Source: a virus
Taxonomy: Duplodnaviria > Caudoviricetes
DNA: 64,000 nt
IMG/VR virus record: IMGVR_UViG_3300042988_000456
Location: 236-64,235 of that record
Direction: 5' to 3' (one strand)
Shown: one piece after another, positions 1 to 9,114 of the stretch
How positions within the stretch are numbered: position 1 is the stretch's first letter
Layout of the letters: each line of letters starts with the position of its first letter
Notes under the pieces: model-generated
What the model was told of the DNA's origin: nothing
Databases searched by the model: none
Seen by the model: only the letters and a program-made list of their open reading frames with translations
Translations under genes and position numbers: made by a program

Positions 1-541
1 CCTGCTGGGAGAACATGCCGACAGACTTAGCCATCATCTCTAAGGCACGCAGTCTGGATGCCTCTTGTTTGGCAGTCTTGCTGAGCGCCAGCAGTTGCCT
101 CAATACATACCGTTTCGTTGCAGCCGCATCATCTGCCAGTGCTTCTACCGTCTCCGACCATGCCTCCTCCAACATCTGAGCCACCACTGGATGTTTGAGT
201 AGCTTGGACGCTGATGCACTGACTACATGGTCTGCACTCCTGTCATCTGGATAGGCAGCCCTGTAGGCTGCCCTATATGAAAGTCCCTGTATCACCCCTG
301 TGACAAATGCCAGTTGCTTCTGTGTCAGTGGTCTGTTCCTTATAGGTCTTACTACCTTGGGTGCTTCTGCTTCATGCGCCAACCGTTCCGCTTCGCTGAA
401 GTCGGGGCCGTCACCATCGGGGGCGTCTGGATCAATGTCCCCATCATCATCCGGCCTGAACATAGGATTGCCGTTGTCAATCTCTTCGATTGCCGCATCA
501 AGTTCCCGCCGATACTCCGCACGTTTCTCATCTGTCGCCAT
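1..541 (-). CDS. terS: Terminase small subunit (3' end runs off the window; not in the ORF track)
   Basis: Manual translation from the ATG at 541: MATDEKRAEY...PLTQKQLAFVTGVIQGLSYRAAYRAAYP...ASKLLKHPVV...RLRALEMMAKSVGMF. This matches the typical TerS LTxKQxxF/AYxxAY/LLxxP pattern. Frame is open to position 1. Confidence 0.8.
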   Translation of the reverse strand, partial: MATDEKRAEYRRELDAAIEEIDNGNPMFRPDDDGDIDPDAPDGDGPDFSEAERLAHEAEAPKVVRPIRNRPLTQKQLAFVTGVIQGLSYRAAYRAAYPDDRSADHVVSASASKLLKHPVVAQMLEEAWSETVEALADDAAATKRYVLRQLLALSKTAKQEASRLRALEMMAKSVGMFSQQ

Positions 542-574
542 TGTGACACTCCATGTTTAAACACATATTGGAAA

Positions 575-660
575 CCTGACCATTCGGTCAAGACTGTTCC
601 AATGGTAGCTATCAATTTGATAGCAGGCAAGTGCCACATTTTCCTGACCATTCGGTCAGG
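575..660. promoter_or_regulatory. Two copies of palindromic operator-like CCTGACC-ATTC-GGTCA(GG) flanking palindrome GCTATCA-ATT-TGATAGC
   Basis: cctgaccattcggtca at 575-590, cctgaccattcggtcagg at 643-660, gctatcaatttgatagc at 608-624, directly upstream of terS. Confidence 0.5.
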
Positions 661-908
661 TTCAACCGTCCAACAGTGGCAAAACCAACACCGGAATTGC
701 CTACCACAAATATCGGCCTGCGACATACTGGAAGCGTTATATTGAAAAATTGGGTATACGAAAACCCGTATAACCTGACCCTCACCAAGGCCCTTAGATC
801 GATCTCAGAGCGTCCGTTTTGCGTTTAGGCCACTACCCTACATGCCCCGACCCGTTGGCGCCTTGTAGGCCCCTTCCCGTCATTCTGGGACTTTTTCCCA
901 TTTCATGG

Positions 909-970
909 TTATGCACAGGTTGTACCCAGACTGTGGATAACCCTCTGACTTGTCCACAGCCTGTGGATTC
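909..970. promoter_or_regulatory. Cluster of DnaA-box-like 9-mers
   Basis: ttatgcaca (909), tgtggataa (932, perfect reverse TTATCCACA), ttgtccaca (950), tgtggattc (962), all in intergenic DNA. Confidence 0.55.
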
Positions 971-1157
971 CCCCTAGAAACTCCCCAGAAACCAGTTGTC
1001 CTACTAATAAGAGGGCAAAGCACCTGAGTGCTGCCCCGCTCCGCTGGACTTGCCGTCCGGCAATAACCCTGCAGTCCTGTCAGGCATTCCCCCTGCCATG
1101 TAAACGGTGTGATGTAATGCGTTCTGGCGATATTGCCGTGACCGAAGGATTGATAGT

Positions 1158-1520
1158 ATGACCAACAAGTTTTCCACCTATACGCTGGCCCAGTGCCAGC
1201 ATGCGCTGGCAGATTGCCACGCCACTCTTGAGGCAGGTGAGTACCAACCTGATCACCCCTATGGTCGCAAAGTCTGGGCGGAGATCGATGCCCTGCGTGA
1301 GCGCATTGCCACCCTGAAGGCAAAGCCTGCCGCCAGCACCTTTCAGAATGGCGATACCCGCTACACGTCCAAGGTTGCCACCGTCAACGGCACCAAGGGC
1401 CGCATCTGGACAGTGCGCAGGCTAAAAGCAGGCTCATGGGTGCATGCTGGATGCACATTCACCCCCAAGGAGGCGACAGAAGATGAGGTGATTTACAAGG
1501 CAGGTGATTACCGCATTTGA
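1158..1520 (+). CDS. Hypothetical early protein
   Basis: 120-aa ORF, first gene of the plus-strand block, AAGGA upstream. Confidence 0.6.
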   Translation: MTNKFSTYTLAQCQHALADCHATLEAGEYQPDHPYGRKVWAEIDALRERIATLKAKPAASTFQNGDTRYTSKVATVNGTKGRIWTVRRLKAGSWVHAGCTFTPKEATEDEVIYKAGDYRI

Positions 1521-1582
1521 GACTGCAGCGACATGCCGACAGGCATGTCAGTGCAATCCCGCACTACTTGAAAGGTCTACAA

Positions 1583-2176
1583 ATGAAACGATTCAATACC
1601 CGCGAAGAGTGGCTGCAGGCTGCAGTCACTGAGTTGCGACCCATCTGCGCAAGCATGGCGACAGATATCGCCCTGAACATCAGGGTCAGTTGCGGTTTTC
1701 CCAGCACGTTTAAACGCTCCGGCGCTATCGGAGAATGCTGGGCGGATACAGCATCCGCCGATAAGACGATGGAGATTTTGGTTAGCCCGACCCTCGCAGA
1801 CCCTGCTCAGGTTTTCGAAGTGCTGGTGCATGAGTTGTGCCACACAATGGCTGGGTGCATGAATCACGGCACCACTTTTGCCAAAAACGCTGGGGCCATG
1901 CTGCTGCTGCCGTCCGCATCGAAGGGCTGGAAAGCCACACAGGCAGGCCCTGACTTTGCCACGGTATTCGGCCCGTTGATCGAGTCGCTGGGCGACTATC
2001 CCCACGCCCAATTGTCAGTGTCAGGGAAAAAAACGCAGGCAACCAGAATGCTCAAGTGCTACTGCCCCGAATGCGGGTACACCGTGCGCCTTACCCACAA
2101 GTGGGCTGCAGTGGGTATGCCCATCTGCCCGACAGATCACATGCACATGATTCTCGAAACCAGCGAACAGGAGTGA
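1583..2176 (+). CDS. SprT-like zinc metalloprotease
   Basis: HELCH zincin motif, a downstream H (MNHG), C-terminal CPECG...CP zinc ribbon. Start placed at ATG 1583 after GAAAGG. Confidence 0.8.
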   Translation: MKRFNTREEWLQAAVTELRPICASMATDIALNIRVSCGFPSTFKRSGAIGECWADTASADKTMEILVSPTLADPAQVFEVLVHELCHTMAGCMNHGTTFAKNAGAMLLLPSASKGWKATQAGPDFATVFGPLIESLGDYPHAQLSVSGKKTQATRMLKCYCPECGYTVRLTHKWAAVGMPICPTDHMHMILETSEQE

Positions 2177-2181
2177 ACAAC

Positions 2182-3621
2182 ATGGCTATTTCGAATTCCC
2201 TTGCGGTAAACGCACTGCCCCTCGCCAATCTGATTCGGGCCTATCAGGCCCTGAGCGGTGCCACGGGCACCGTGACACGCGACCATGCAGTTGACTGGCT
2301 TGTCCGCCATATGGCTGCAACGGGCGCAACGCTGGCGCAAATCCAACGCGCTGGTGCTGGCGCCGTTACCGCTGCCACAAACGCCCCCGCAGCCGCGCAA
2401 CCTGTAACGGTGGATGCCGAGGGCATCCGAACCATGATCGACCAGACAACCGCTCTGGCATCTGCAAATGGCGCAAAGCTGACAACGCTGGAATCTACGC
2501 TTTCCAGTGCGCTGGACACCGTTGAGTCGCTGGGCGACACGGTCACCATGCTGGCTCAACGTTTAAACGCTGCCGAGGATCAGCGGATCGATGCCAGCAC
2601 GGTCAAGCCTGCGCTGGATCAAGCCATTGCTGATGCACTGGCACCTTTCATCACGACCGTCCGGCAAGCGGGCATGGAAGACCGCATTGCAAGTGCCATC
2701 ACACCCTACTGGGGGACTAGGGATGCGGGCGATTTGTTCGGTGTAGTGGCATGCGACCTAAAGGGTGATGAACTTGGGTTTCATGTTTATGCCTCGCCCG
2801 AGGCACCTGCCGTGGATGACTCATACATCTGGACGGCTGAGATGGTGAAGGTGATGGCATTGGCCCAGCACGGGCACAATGTGTGGCTGGGCGGCCCCAA
2901 AGGCACTGGCAAGACTCAGGCGGCAATGCAGTTTGCAGCATGCACGGGTCGCCCATTCACGCGAATCAACTTCCAGAAATACACCAGTGCCGACGATTTC
3001 ATTGGCTGCACTGGGTTGGAAAACGGGGCGACAGTCTGGAAGGATGGCGCATTCCTGCAAGCTTTTGAGCGTCAGGGTAGCGTGATCCTGCTGGATGAAA
3101 TCACAAACGCTGACCCTGCAAATCTGGCAATCCTCAATGGCCTGCTGGAACCTGCTGGACGGGTGATGATCGGCGGACGCATGCGTCAACGGGCTGCAGG
3201 TGTAGTGGTGATCGCTGCAGACAACACCCTTGCAACGGGTGATGACTCCGGCCTATACGCTGGCACTAAGACCATGAATGCCAGCCTGCCTGAGCGTTTC
3301 CCATTGATGATTGCATGCCAGCACCTTGATCCGCAGACTGAAATAGATGCGCTGGTGAAGCACACTGGCTGCAGGACTGAACTTGCCACTGCAGTGGTGA
3401 AAGCTATTGGCGCATGCCGTGCCAAGGTCGCGACAGGGGACATCGTGGATGCCCCGTCCATTCGGGCTGCAATGGCATACATCAGGGCCATTCCCATCAT
3501 GGGCAGTCGCATGGCATGGAATGCCACGATTGCATTCAAACAGCCTGCCGAGTCCGCCACTGCGCTGGAAGGCATCAGGATTGCCTACATCAATGACTCG
3601 ATGATTGAGTCCTACGTTTAA
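2182..3621 (+). CDS. MoxR/CbbQ/CobS-like AAA+ ATPase
   Basis: Walker A GPKGTGKT, Walker B ILLDE, AADNT sensor region, SLPERF arginine finger, C-terminal PSIR. Confidence 0.88.
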   Translation: MAISNSLAVNALPLANLIRAYQALSGATGTVTRDHAVDWLVRHMAATGATLAQIQRAGAGAVTAATNAPAAAQPVTVDAEGIRTMIDQTTALASANGAKLTTLESTLSSALDTVESLGDTVTMLAQRLNAAEDQRIDASTVKPALDQAIADALAPFITTVRQAGMEDRIASAITPYWGTRDAGDLFGVVACDLKGDELGFHVYASPEAPAVDDSYIWTAEMVKVMALAQHGHNVWLGGPKGTGKTQAAMQFAACTGRPFTRINFQKYTSADDFIGCTGLENGATVWKDGAFLQAFERQGSVILLDEITNADPANLAILNGLLEPAGRVMIGGRMRQRAAGVVVIAADNTLATGDDSGLYAGTKTMNASLPERFPLMIACQHLDPQTEIDALVKHTGCRTELATAVVKAIGACRAKVATGDIVDAPSIRAAMAYIRAIPIMGSRMAWNATIAFKQPAESATALEGIRIAYINDSMIESYV

Positions 3622-3638
3622 ACAAAGGGGAATGAAAG

Positions 3639-5243
3639 ATGAAAGCACGTTACAACGGTTTCGAATTCCGCAACGGGGTCACCGCTGCGATTCATAAAAT
3701 CTGCGCAGATCAGGGTATTGATTCTGTCCAGATTGTGTGGTCTGGTGATGTCTCGACTGCCTGCATCAATGCTGACGGGGCACTGTACCTGCCCAATCCA
3801 CGGGACGGCGCAGTCTTGACGCATGCCATGCTGGAACGCTTCGTGGGCTACGGGTTCCATGAGTTGCTACACCGCAAATACACCGACTTTGCCGTGAGTG
3901 GTGGGGACCAGTACTTAGACATGATCCACAATGCAGTGGAAGATGCATGGATCGAACGCAACGCTGTCAATGCCCGCCTGACCGGAAACGCTGACGCATT
4001 GCTCAAGACCCTGATTGACGGTCTGGTAGCCGAGGGCATGGAACATGTCACTGACTGGGCAGACCCTGCACAGTATCCCTTTAGCCTCGCAGTGTTCTGC
4101 CGCCCGTGGGCAACCCCCGTGCCAGTGCCTGCAACCCTGCTGCCTATCTGGCAAGCTGCCAATGCACTGATCCCCAACTGCCGCAATAGCTACGACACGC
4201 TAGAAGTCGCCAAGTATGTTTTTGACAACCTGCCCCGCACCTCTGCCAAAAACCGCCCCAATGGCAACCAAGCACCCAAGCTGCCGCAACCGCAGGCAGG
4301 TGATGCGGGCGACAAGCAACCTGCAGGGCAAGGCGCAGGTGATGCGCAGGGTGACCAGCAAGGGGATGAGTCCAACAAGACTGCGCCCAACGCTGGAAAG
4401 GCCCAGCAAGTGTCCAGCAAGACCATTGCCAACGATGCCGAACCGAATTGCAAGCTGCCTGCCGATCAGGCATCAGGCGGGACATATTCGGGCGCAGCCG
4501 ATCTCCGCCGCAAGGGCTTTCACCTGAGCCAACAGGTCTACCCTGTTCAAATGACTGCCAGTGCCAAATTGCGGGTCGAACTTAAACGCCTGCTGGATGC
4601 ATCCGCCCGTGAGGAATTCACGCATGGCCTGCGCACCGGACGTTTAAACGTTCAGAGTCTTCCAAAGCATAGTTACTCCGACACAATTTTCAGCAAGCGC
4701 ATGGAGCAGGACGGGATCGACACTGCCGTTGGCATCCTGATCGATGTCAGCAACTCTATGCTTGACGCCTGCGCAGGTGCTGATGGCAAGCCGGATTCAT
4801 CCACCCTACTGCGCGAAGCAGTGAACGCTGCAGCAACCCTTCTGGACTGCCTCCGCCGTGCGCAGGTGCCAACGCTGGTAGCGACTTTTGATGACTTCTA
4901 CAGTGTCGTAAAGGATTGGAATGAAAGCCCCATAGCGGGTGCTGCAAGCCTGAGCCGAGTGAAAGACGGTGGAAGCACTGAGGACTTTGCAAGCCTGCGA
5001 TGGATGCACGATCAACTGCAGGTGCGCAGCGAACAACGCAAGATTGTGTTCGTACTGACTGACGGTTGCGGGGACTTCCAGTCCACCTACGAACAGACCC
5101 TGTCGGGCGAGCGTCTGGGAATCACGACTATCGCTATCGGCCTGAACACTGATGTATCGCATGCATACAACAAGTCTGTGCGGGTCGCCAATGCCGCTCA
5201 ACTGGGCGAGGTATCGTTTAAACAAATCAAGCTTGCACTCTAA
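3639..5243 (+). CDS. CobT-like VWA-domain protein with N-terminal HExxH motif
   Basis: N-terminal HELLH and NAVEDAWIE, low-complexity linker, C-terminal MIDAS DVSNS...T...LTDG; adjacent to the AAA+ gene. Confidence 0.85.
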   Translation: MKARYNGFEFRNGVTAAIHKICADQGIDSVQIVWSGDVSTACINADGALYLPNPRDGAVLTHAMLERFVGYGFHELLHRKYTDFAVSGGDQYLDMIHNAVEDAWIERNAVNARLTGNADALLKTLIDGLVAEGMEHVTDWADPAQYPFSLAVFCRPWATPVPVPATLLPIWQAANALIPNCRNSYDTLEVAKYVFDNLPRTSAKNRPNGNQAPKLPQPQAGDAGDKQPAGQGAGDAQGDQQGDESNKTAPNAGKAQQVSSKTIANDAEPNCKLPADQASGGTYSGAADLRRKGFHLSQQVYPVQMTASAKLRVELKRLLDASAREEFTHGLRTGRLNVQSLPKHSYSDTIFSKRMEQDGIDTAVGILIDVSNSMLDACAGADGKPDSSTLLREAVNAAATLLDCLRRAQVPTLVATFDDFYSVVKDWNESPIAGAASLSRVKDGGSTEDFASLRWMHDQLQVRSEQRKIVFVLTDGCGDFQSTYEQTLSGERLGITTIAIGLNTDVSHAYNKSVRVANAAQLGEVSFKQIKLAL

Positions 5244-5253
5244 GGGGACCAAC

Positions 5254-5664
5254 ATGACACCAAAACCATTCACCGCTGCAGACCTGACGGTCTGCGCACA
5301 ACTGATGCAGGCACTGCGTGACAGCATGCCGCACTTGATCCCTGCAGGCATGGAGCCTGTCTTAACCACAATCGATCAAGAGGATGACGGCATCCAGATC
5401 GGGGAGTTTCACATTCAATCGGTGGAGATGGAGCGCAACAGCATTCTGGGCGGAACCATGCAGGGATACCAGTTGACTGTGATGGTTGTCAGCATGGGCG
5501 GCATGTGGGAGCCTGACGATGTTGACTTCAAAGTCCTGTCGGAGGATGTTCACTACACCAAGTGCATCAAACATATTGCACTGGCCTTGCAGGAACAGTT
5601 GATTGACATGATCACAGATAACGTCTTACGTTTAAACGAAGGCACCATGCAAGAGGCACTGTGA
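5254..5664 (+). CDS. Hypothetical protein
   Basis: ORF with AAGGGG RBS; overlaps next gene (GTGA). Confidence 0.6.
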   Translation: MTPKPFTAADLTVCAQLMQALRDSMPHLIPAGMEPVLTTIDQEDDGIQIGEFHIQSVEMERNSILGGTMQGYQLTVMVVSMGGMWEPDDVDFKVLSEDVHYTKCIKHIALALQEQLIDMITDNVLRLNEGTMQEAL

Positions 5665-5882
5665 TGGACTACGCACTGGCACTAACATTGATTCTGGCAG
5701 TGCCATACGTTTTGGCACTAATCGTTTTTTATTTGATGGAGATGGACATGGAGAAGCACAAAGCAGCACTGCGACTCTGCAGCAAATGCGAACAGAAGCG
5801 GGTGCCGGAAGGCGGCATTGATATGGGTCGCGGACGCTGGTACTGCGCAGGGTGCTATCGCAATTACTTCGGGAGGAAATGA
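5661..5882 (+). CDS. Small protein with N-terminal hydrophobic segment and CxxC...CxxC zinc finger
   Basis: CSKC...CAGC; coupled overlaps with neighbours. Confidence 0.5.
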   Translation: MMDYALALTLILAVPYVLALIVFYLMEMDMEKHKAALRLCSKCEQKRVPEGGIDMGRGRWYCAGCYRNYFGRK

Positions 5883-6115
5883 TGCGGTACTTGGACTACG
5901 AACCCTTCGGCAAAGAATTTGTGGTGCATGGTGGCACTACAAGTCTGAGTGTCTATAGCCGACCATATCGGGTGCGTGAGGTGCGCAATGGACGCACCGT
6001 CACCCATCGGGGTCACAACCCTTCGGACTGCATTGCCCTGATGCAAAAGATCGACGGCCCCTTCACGGTGCCGCTGGGTGTGAAGCGTCACCTGAATCGT
6101 TTTCTGGGAGTTTAA
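5879..6115 (+). CDS. Hypothetical protein
   Basis: GGAGG RBS, ATGA overlap; stop codon lies within a GTTTAAAC. Confidence 0.55.
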   Translation: MMRYLDYEPFGKEFVVHGGTTSLSVYSRPYRVREVRNGRTVTHRGHNPSDCIALMQKIDGPFTVPLGVKRHLNRFLGV

Positions 6116-6264
6116 ACATGAGCCAACTTAGCAAGGCATTTCTGTACAGCATGGTGCAAGCTATGTACAAATATGAGGCAGGCTGCACTGCCCAGCCTCA
6201 CCTGCTGACAGATGAAGAAATGATGGATTTTTACCGTGCCTACATGGGCCGATAGGGGAACAAC

Positions 6265-6651
6265 ATGACGGACATAATGAACGGACTTACACCTGACCAA
6301 TACGTTGACCGGATCGCGGCTGCATTCGGCTGTGTGCATGGCAAACCCTGCAGCGACCGCATCGGCTATGTCTATCTGACATGGGACGGCATCCGCAGCA
6401 CAGTGGCTTTCACTGATCCAGTGAAGAAGATTCCCAAATTGTTTGGGTGTGAGCATGAGGCGTTGGACGCTGCAGTGGAATTCCTGTGCAAGGCTGCAAT
6501 GATCTTAGAGGTCGCGCACCTGACGGGTGCCACCAAGCGAACCCTGCCCCCTCCCGAGGCGTTTGAATACGTCTACGCTGATGCGGTATTGGAAGCTGAG
6601 ATTAGCGACCTGAGTGGTGCCCACACAATACTTGCGCAGGTGATGAAATGA
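6265..6651 (+). CDS. Hypothetical protein
   Basis: AGGGG RBS; ATGA coupling to next gene. Confidence 0.55.
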   Translation: MTDIMNGLTPDQYVDRIAAAFGCVHGKPCSDRIGYVYLTWDGIRSTVAFTDPVKKIPKLFGCEHEALDAAVEFLCKAAMILEVAHLTGATKRTLPPPEAFEYVYADAVLEAEISDLSGAHTILAQVMK

Positions 6652-6884
6652 TCTGGTACGCATCCAACAAAGGCGAGGCTGCATCGGTATGGATGCACAC
6701 TGAACAAGGCGAAGTGATGATTGCCGACTGTCATTCCAAGGTTCTGACCACTGAAGCCCAGCGTTTAAACGCAAAGCTTATGGCGGCATCGCCCGAGATG
6801 ATGGACGCACTCAGGGATTTGGCGAAGTACATCCCTGACGCTCACATCGCATTGCGTGACATCCAACGTCGATACGGGTTGTGA
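6648..6884 (+). CDS. Hypothetical phage protein
   Basis: Contains NAKLMAASPEMMDAL, the common phage small-protein motif NARLIAAAPELLEAL. Confidence 0.65.
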   Translation: MIWYASNKGEAASVWMHTEQGEVMIADCHSKVLTTEAQRLNAKLMAASPEMMDALRDLAKYIPDAHIALRDIQRRYGL

Positions 6885-7108
6885 TTGAGGTAGTCCAATG
6901 TTTGCACCATCCAGACCCTAAGTACCTGAACGCTATCCATGCCAAAGCTTTCACCATCATTGTTCACACCCCGCCCAAGCGGGGCGCTTACATCCGGTGG
7001 GATGGTGGCAAATTCTGCGTGTTTAAACAGGATGTTCGATCCAGTAGGCACGGGACGATATGGGAAGCCTGCTCCCGAGTAAGACAAGCTTCCATGCCGT
7101 TCAAATGA
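6881..7108 (+). CDS. Hypothetical protein
   Basis: GTGA-coupled ORF ending just before a terminator. Confidence 0.5.
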   Translation: MIEVVQCLHHPDPKYLNAIHAKAFTIIVHTPPKRGAYIRWDGGKFCVFKQDVRSSRHGTIWEACSRVRQASMPFK

Positions 7109-7110
7109 TT

Positions 7111-7136
7111 AAGCCCCTCGCGGGGCTTTTTCTTTT
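7111..7136 (+). terminator. Intrinsic terminator between convergent units
   Basis: aagcccc-tcgc-ggggctt followed by a T-tract. Confidence 0.85.
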
Positions 7137-7137
7137 G

Positions 7138-8871
7138 TCAGAACGCATCCAACGATTCGGAGTATGTCCCTGCCGTTTTGTTGAATAGCAGGGTGGTCTC
7201 GCCCTGAGTCCCGATCCAGCGGTGCCTGCACTTCCAGACTGCCACTTCTACGACGGCACCCTCGCCCCTGTGGATGGTGATGCCGCAATCCGCCTTGGCC
7301 CACCATGCCATTGATCCGCTGATGGACATGCCGTCGGGTCGGGGTTGTTCGGTGCCGGAACGATTTACCTTAGCAGGGTGAGCCACAAACCAGACATGGA
7401 TGTCGTGAGTCTTGATGAACCGCTGCACCTTGGACAGCATGGCGCTGATGGCTTCGGTCTCAGTGCCACTGCGATCCATCTCAATGAAGTTGTAGGGGTC
7501 GATCACAAGACCCCGTACACCCATGCGTTTGATTGCCGTCTTAGTTCGGGACAGGATGGAGTCCAATGTGGAAGGCTCATCACCGTTGGTATCAATGAAA
7601 ATGAAATGATCGTTGACCCATTTAAACGCAGCATCCCGCTCACTGTCATCCATTCGATCACGCCCGTCGCGGAACCGCTTGTGCGTGTACAACTCCATTA
7701 GACGGGTGATGTGGACTTCGGGTTGATTCTCAAAGCTGCAGACCGCAAACTTCCAGTCACATGACCGTGCCAGATTGACCATCACCTGATCCACAAAGTT
7801 GGACTTGCCACTGCTGGGATACCCTGTGACCACTGACAACTGTGCAGGGGCAATGGTGTAGATGTCATCAATGCAGGAGTAGCCTGTGCTGTAACCCTTG
7901 CCGGAACCCTGCGTATAGAGTTCGGTGATGCGATCCGCATAGGCGGACGCATTGGACAGTCCTGCGATTGGGTATGCCACTGCAGCATTGAGGATGTCAT
8001 TCAATACCCGTGCAGGGTCGTAATTGTCATTAGCCCGTGCAGGGTCGTTCAGGAAGACTTCATTTAAATCCTTGGCTGTGAACTTGGCAAGTCTGCATTT
8101 CTCTTTACCGATGCGACGGGACAACTCCTCTGCAAGGGCTTGTCCGGGTTCGTCCTGATCTGTGGCGAGGATCACATAAGGTGCAGACTCCAAGACATCG
8201 TTGGCGTTCCAGACATAGCTGAACCGCTTGTCTTCACTGGGTGCAACCTTGCCATCCGCCACCTTCAGAGGCGCCCCAGAGGGCACCGATACCACATTTG
8301 TGATACCTGCCTCAACCAGTGTCAGGTAGTCAATCTCACCTTCCACAATGATGATGGGTTCACCCTTGACCAAACGGTCAACTCCGAAGAAATCATGGGC
8401 ACCACCCTGCTCTTGTGTAAACGCTTTGTCTGGAAAACTCCGGTACTTCACCGCTACAAGAGCGCCGTCCCTGTAGTAGGGAAAGCCGATGGCATCTTCT
8501 TCTCTGCTGAGTTTGGGGAAGAATTTACGGGCCGCAAACAACTTCATGGAGTCTGCGGTTTTCTGCGTGATTCCACGGGACAGGAGGTAGTCGTAGTGGG
8601 TTTGGGTGAGTGGTGTTTCCGTGATCTTGGGATCGGGAACAATGGTGACTGGTACTGCGCTCATTCTCTTTTCCTTGTGTATGTAGTTCGTTCGCGGTTG
8701 TACTGACCCAACAGCACTGCAGTGATGGCAGTGATACACCACCGCCCCGTCAGGGCGGCGTGTCAGGGTCATGTCTTTCTGTGTGGATTTCTTGCGTTCA
8801 TTGGAACAAAAGGGGCAAGCCACCCTCGTAGTTTCACCAAAGTGAAACTGTTCAATGAATGCTGGATTCAC
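7138..8871 (-). CDS. T7 gp4/Twinkle-like DNA primase-helicase
   Basis: N-terminal CPFC...CHHC zinc domain, TOPRIM EGEID and DQD, Walker A GYPSSGKS, VIDP, VAHP. Confidence 0.92.
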   Translation of the reverse strand: MNPAFIEQFHFGETTRVACPFCSNERKKSTQKDMTLTRRPDGAVVYHCHHCSAVGSVQPRTNYIHKEKRMSAVPVTIVPDPKITETPLTQTHYDYLLSRGITQKTADSMKLFAARKFFPKLSREEDAIGFPYYRDGALVAVKYRSFPDKAFTQEQGGAHDFFGVDRLVKGEPIIIVEGEIDYLTLVEAGITNVVSVPSGAPLKVADGKVAPSEDKRFSYVWNANDVLESAPYVILATDQDEPGQALAEELSRRIGKEKCRLAKFTAKDLNEVFLNDPARANDNYDPARVLNDILNAAVAYPIAGLSNASAYADRITELYTQGSGKGYSTGYSCIDDIYTIAPAQLSVVTGYPSSGKSNFVDQVMVNLARSCDWKFAVCSFENQPEVHITRLMELYTHKRFRDGRDRMDDSERDAAFKWVNDHFIFIDTNGDEPSTLDSILSRTKTAIKRMGVRGLVIDPYNFIEMDRSGTETEAISAMLSKVQRFIKTHDIHVWFVAHPAKVNRSGTEQPRPDGMSISGSMAWWAKADCGITIHRGEGAVVEVAVWKCRHRWIGTQGETTLLFNKTAGTYSESLDAF

Positions 8872-9110
8872 TTCATGCTGCCGTCAGGGTTGCGTTTAAA
8901 GCTGCGGTTCTTGGAAGGGGATTCCAACCTGATACCAGTTGCATTGCTGCCACCCTTGGACAAAGCTTTGACATGCGCCACATCTTTGCCTTTACGGTTG
9001 ACGCCTTGCGCGTCAAGCTTTCGTCTCGCTCGTTGTCGCTCCATCCGGTCTTCATGTTCTCCACGGGCAACTTGTGTTTTGTACTCTTGTTTCCAGTTTC
9101 GGGTCGCCAT
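8868..9110 (-). CDS. Small HNH-like protein
   Basis: GKDVAHVKALSKGGSN...SKNRS, an HNH-like pattern. Confidence 0.65.
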   Translation of the reverse strand: MATRNWKQEYKTQVARGEHEDRMERQRARRKLDAQGVNRKGKDVAHVKALSKGGSNATGIRLESPSKNRSFKRNPDGSMK

Positions 9111-9114
9111 TGAA

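Noticed and set aside
2182-5243. CobS/CobT as cobalamin auxiliary metabolic genes
   Set aside because: No CobN or other cobalamin genes; motifs only support a generic MoxR-VWA pair.
8007-8048. 15-bp direct repeat cccgtgcagggtcgt in the primase-helicase
   Set aside because: Small in-frame duplication in the primase-helicase linker; no sign of an att site or mobile element.
8868-9110. HNH-like gene as an intron-borne homing endonuclease
   Set aside because: It is a free-standing short ORF coupled to the helicase start and interrupts no gene.
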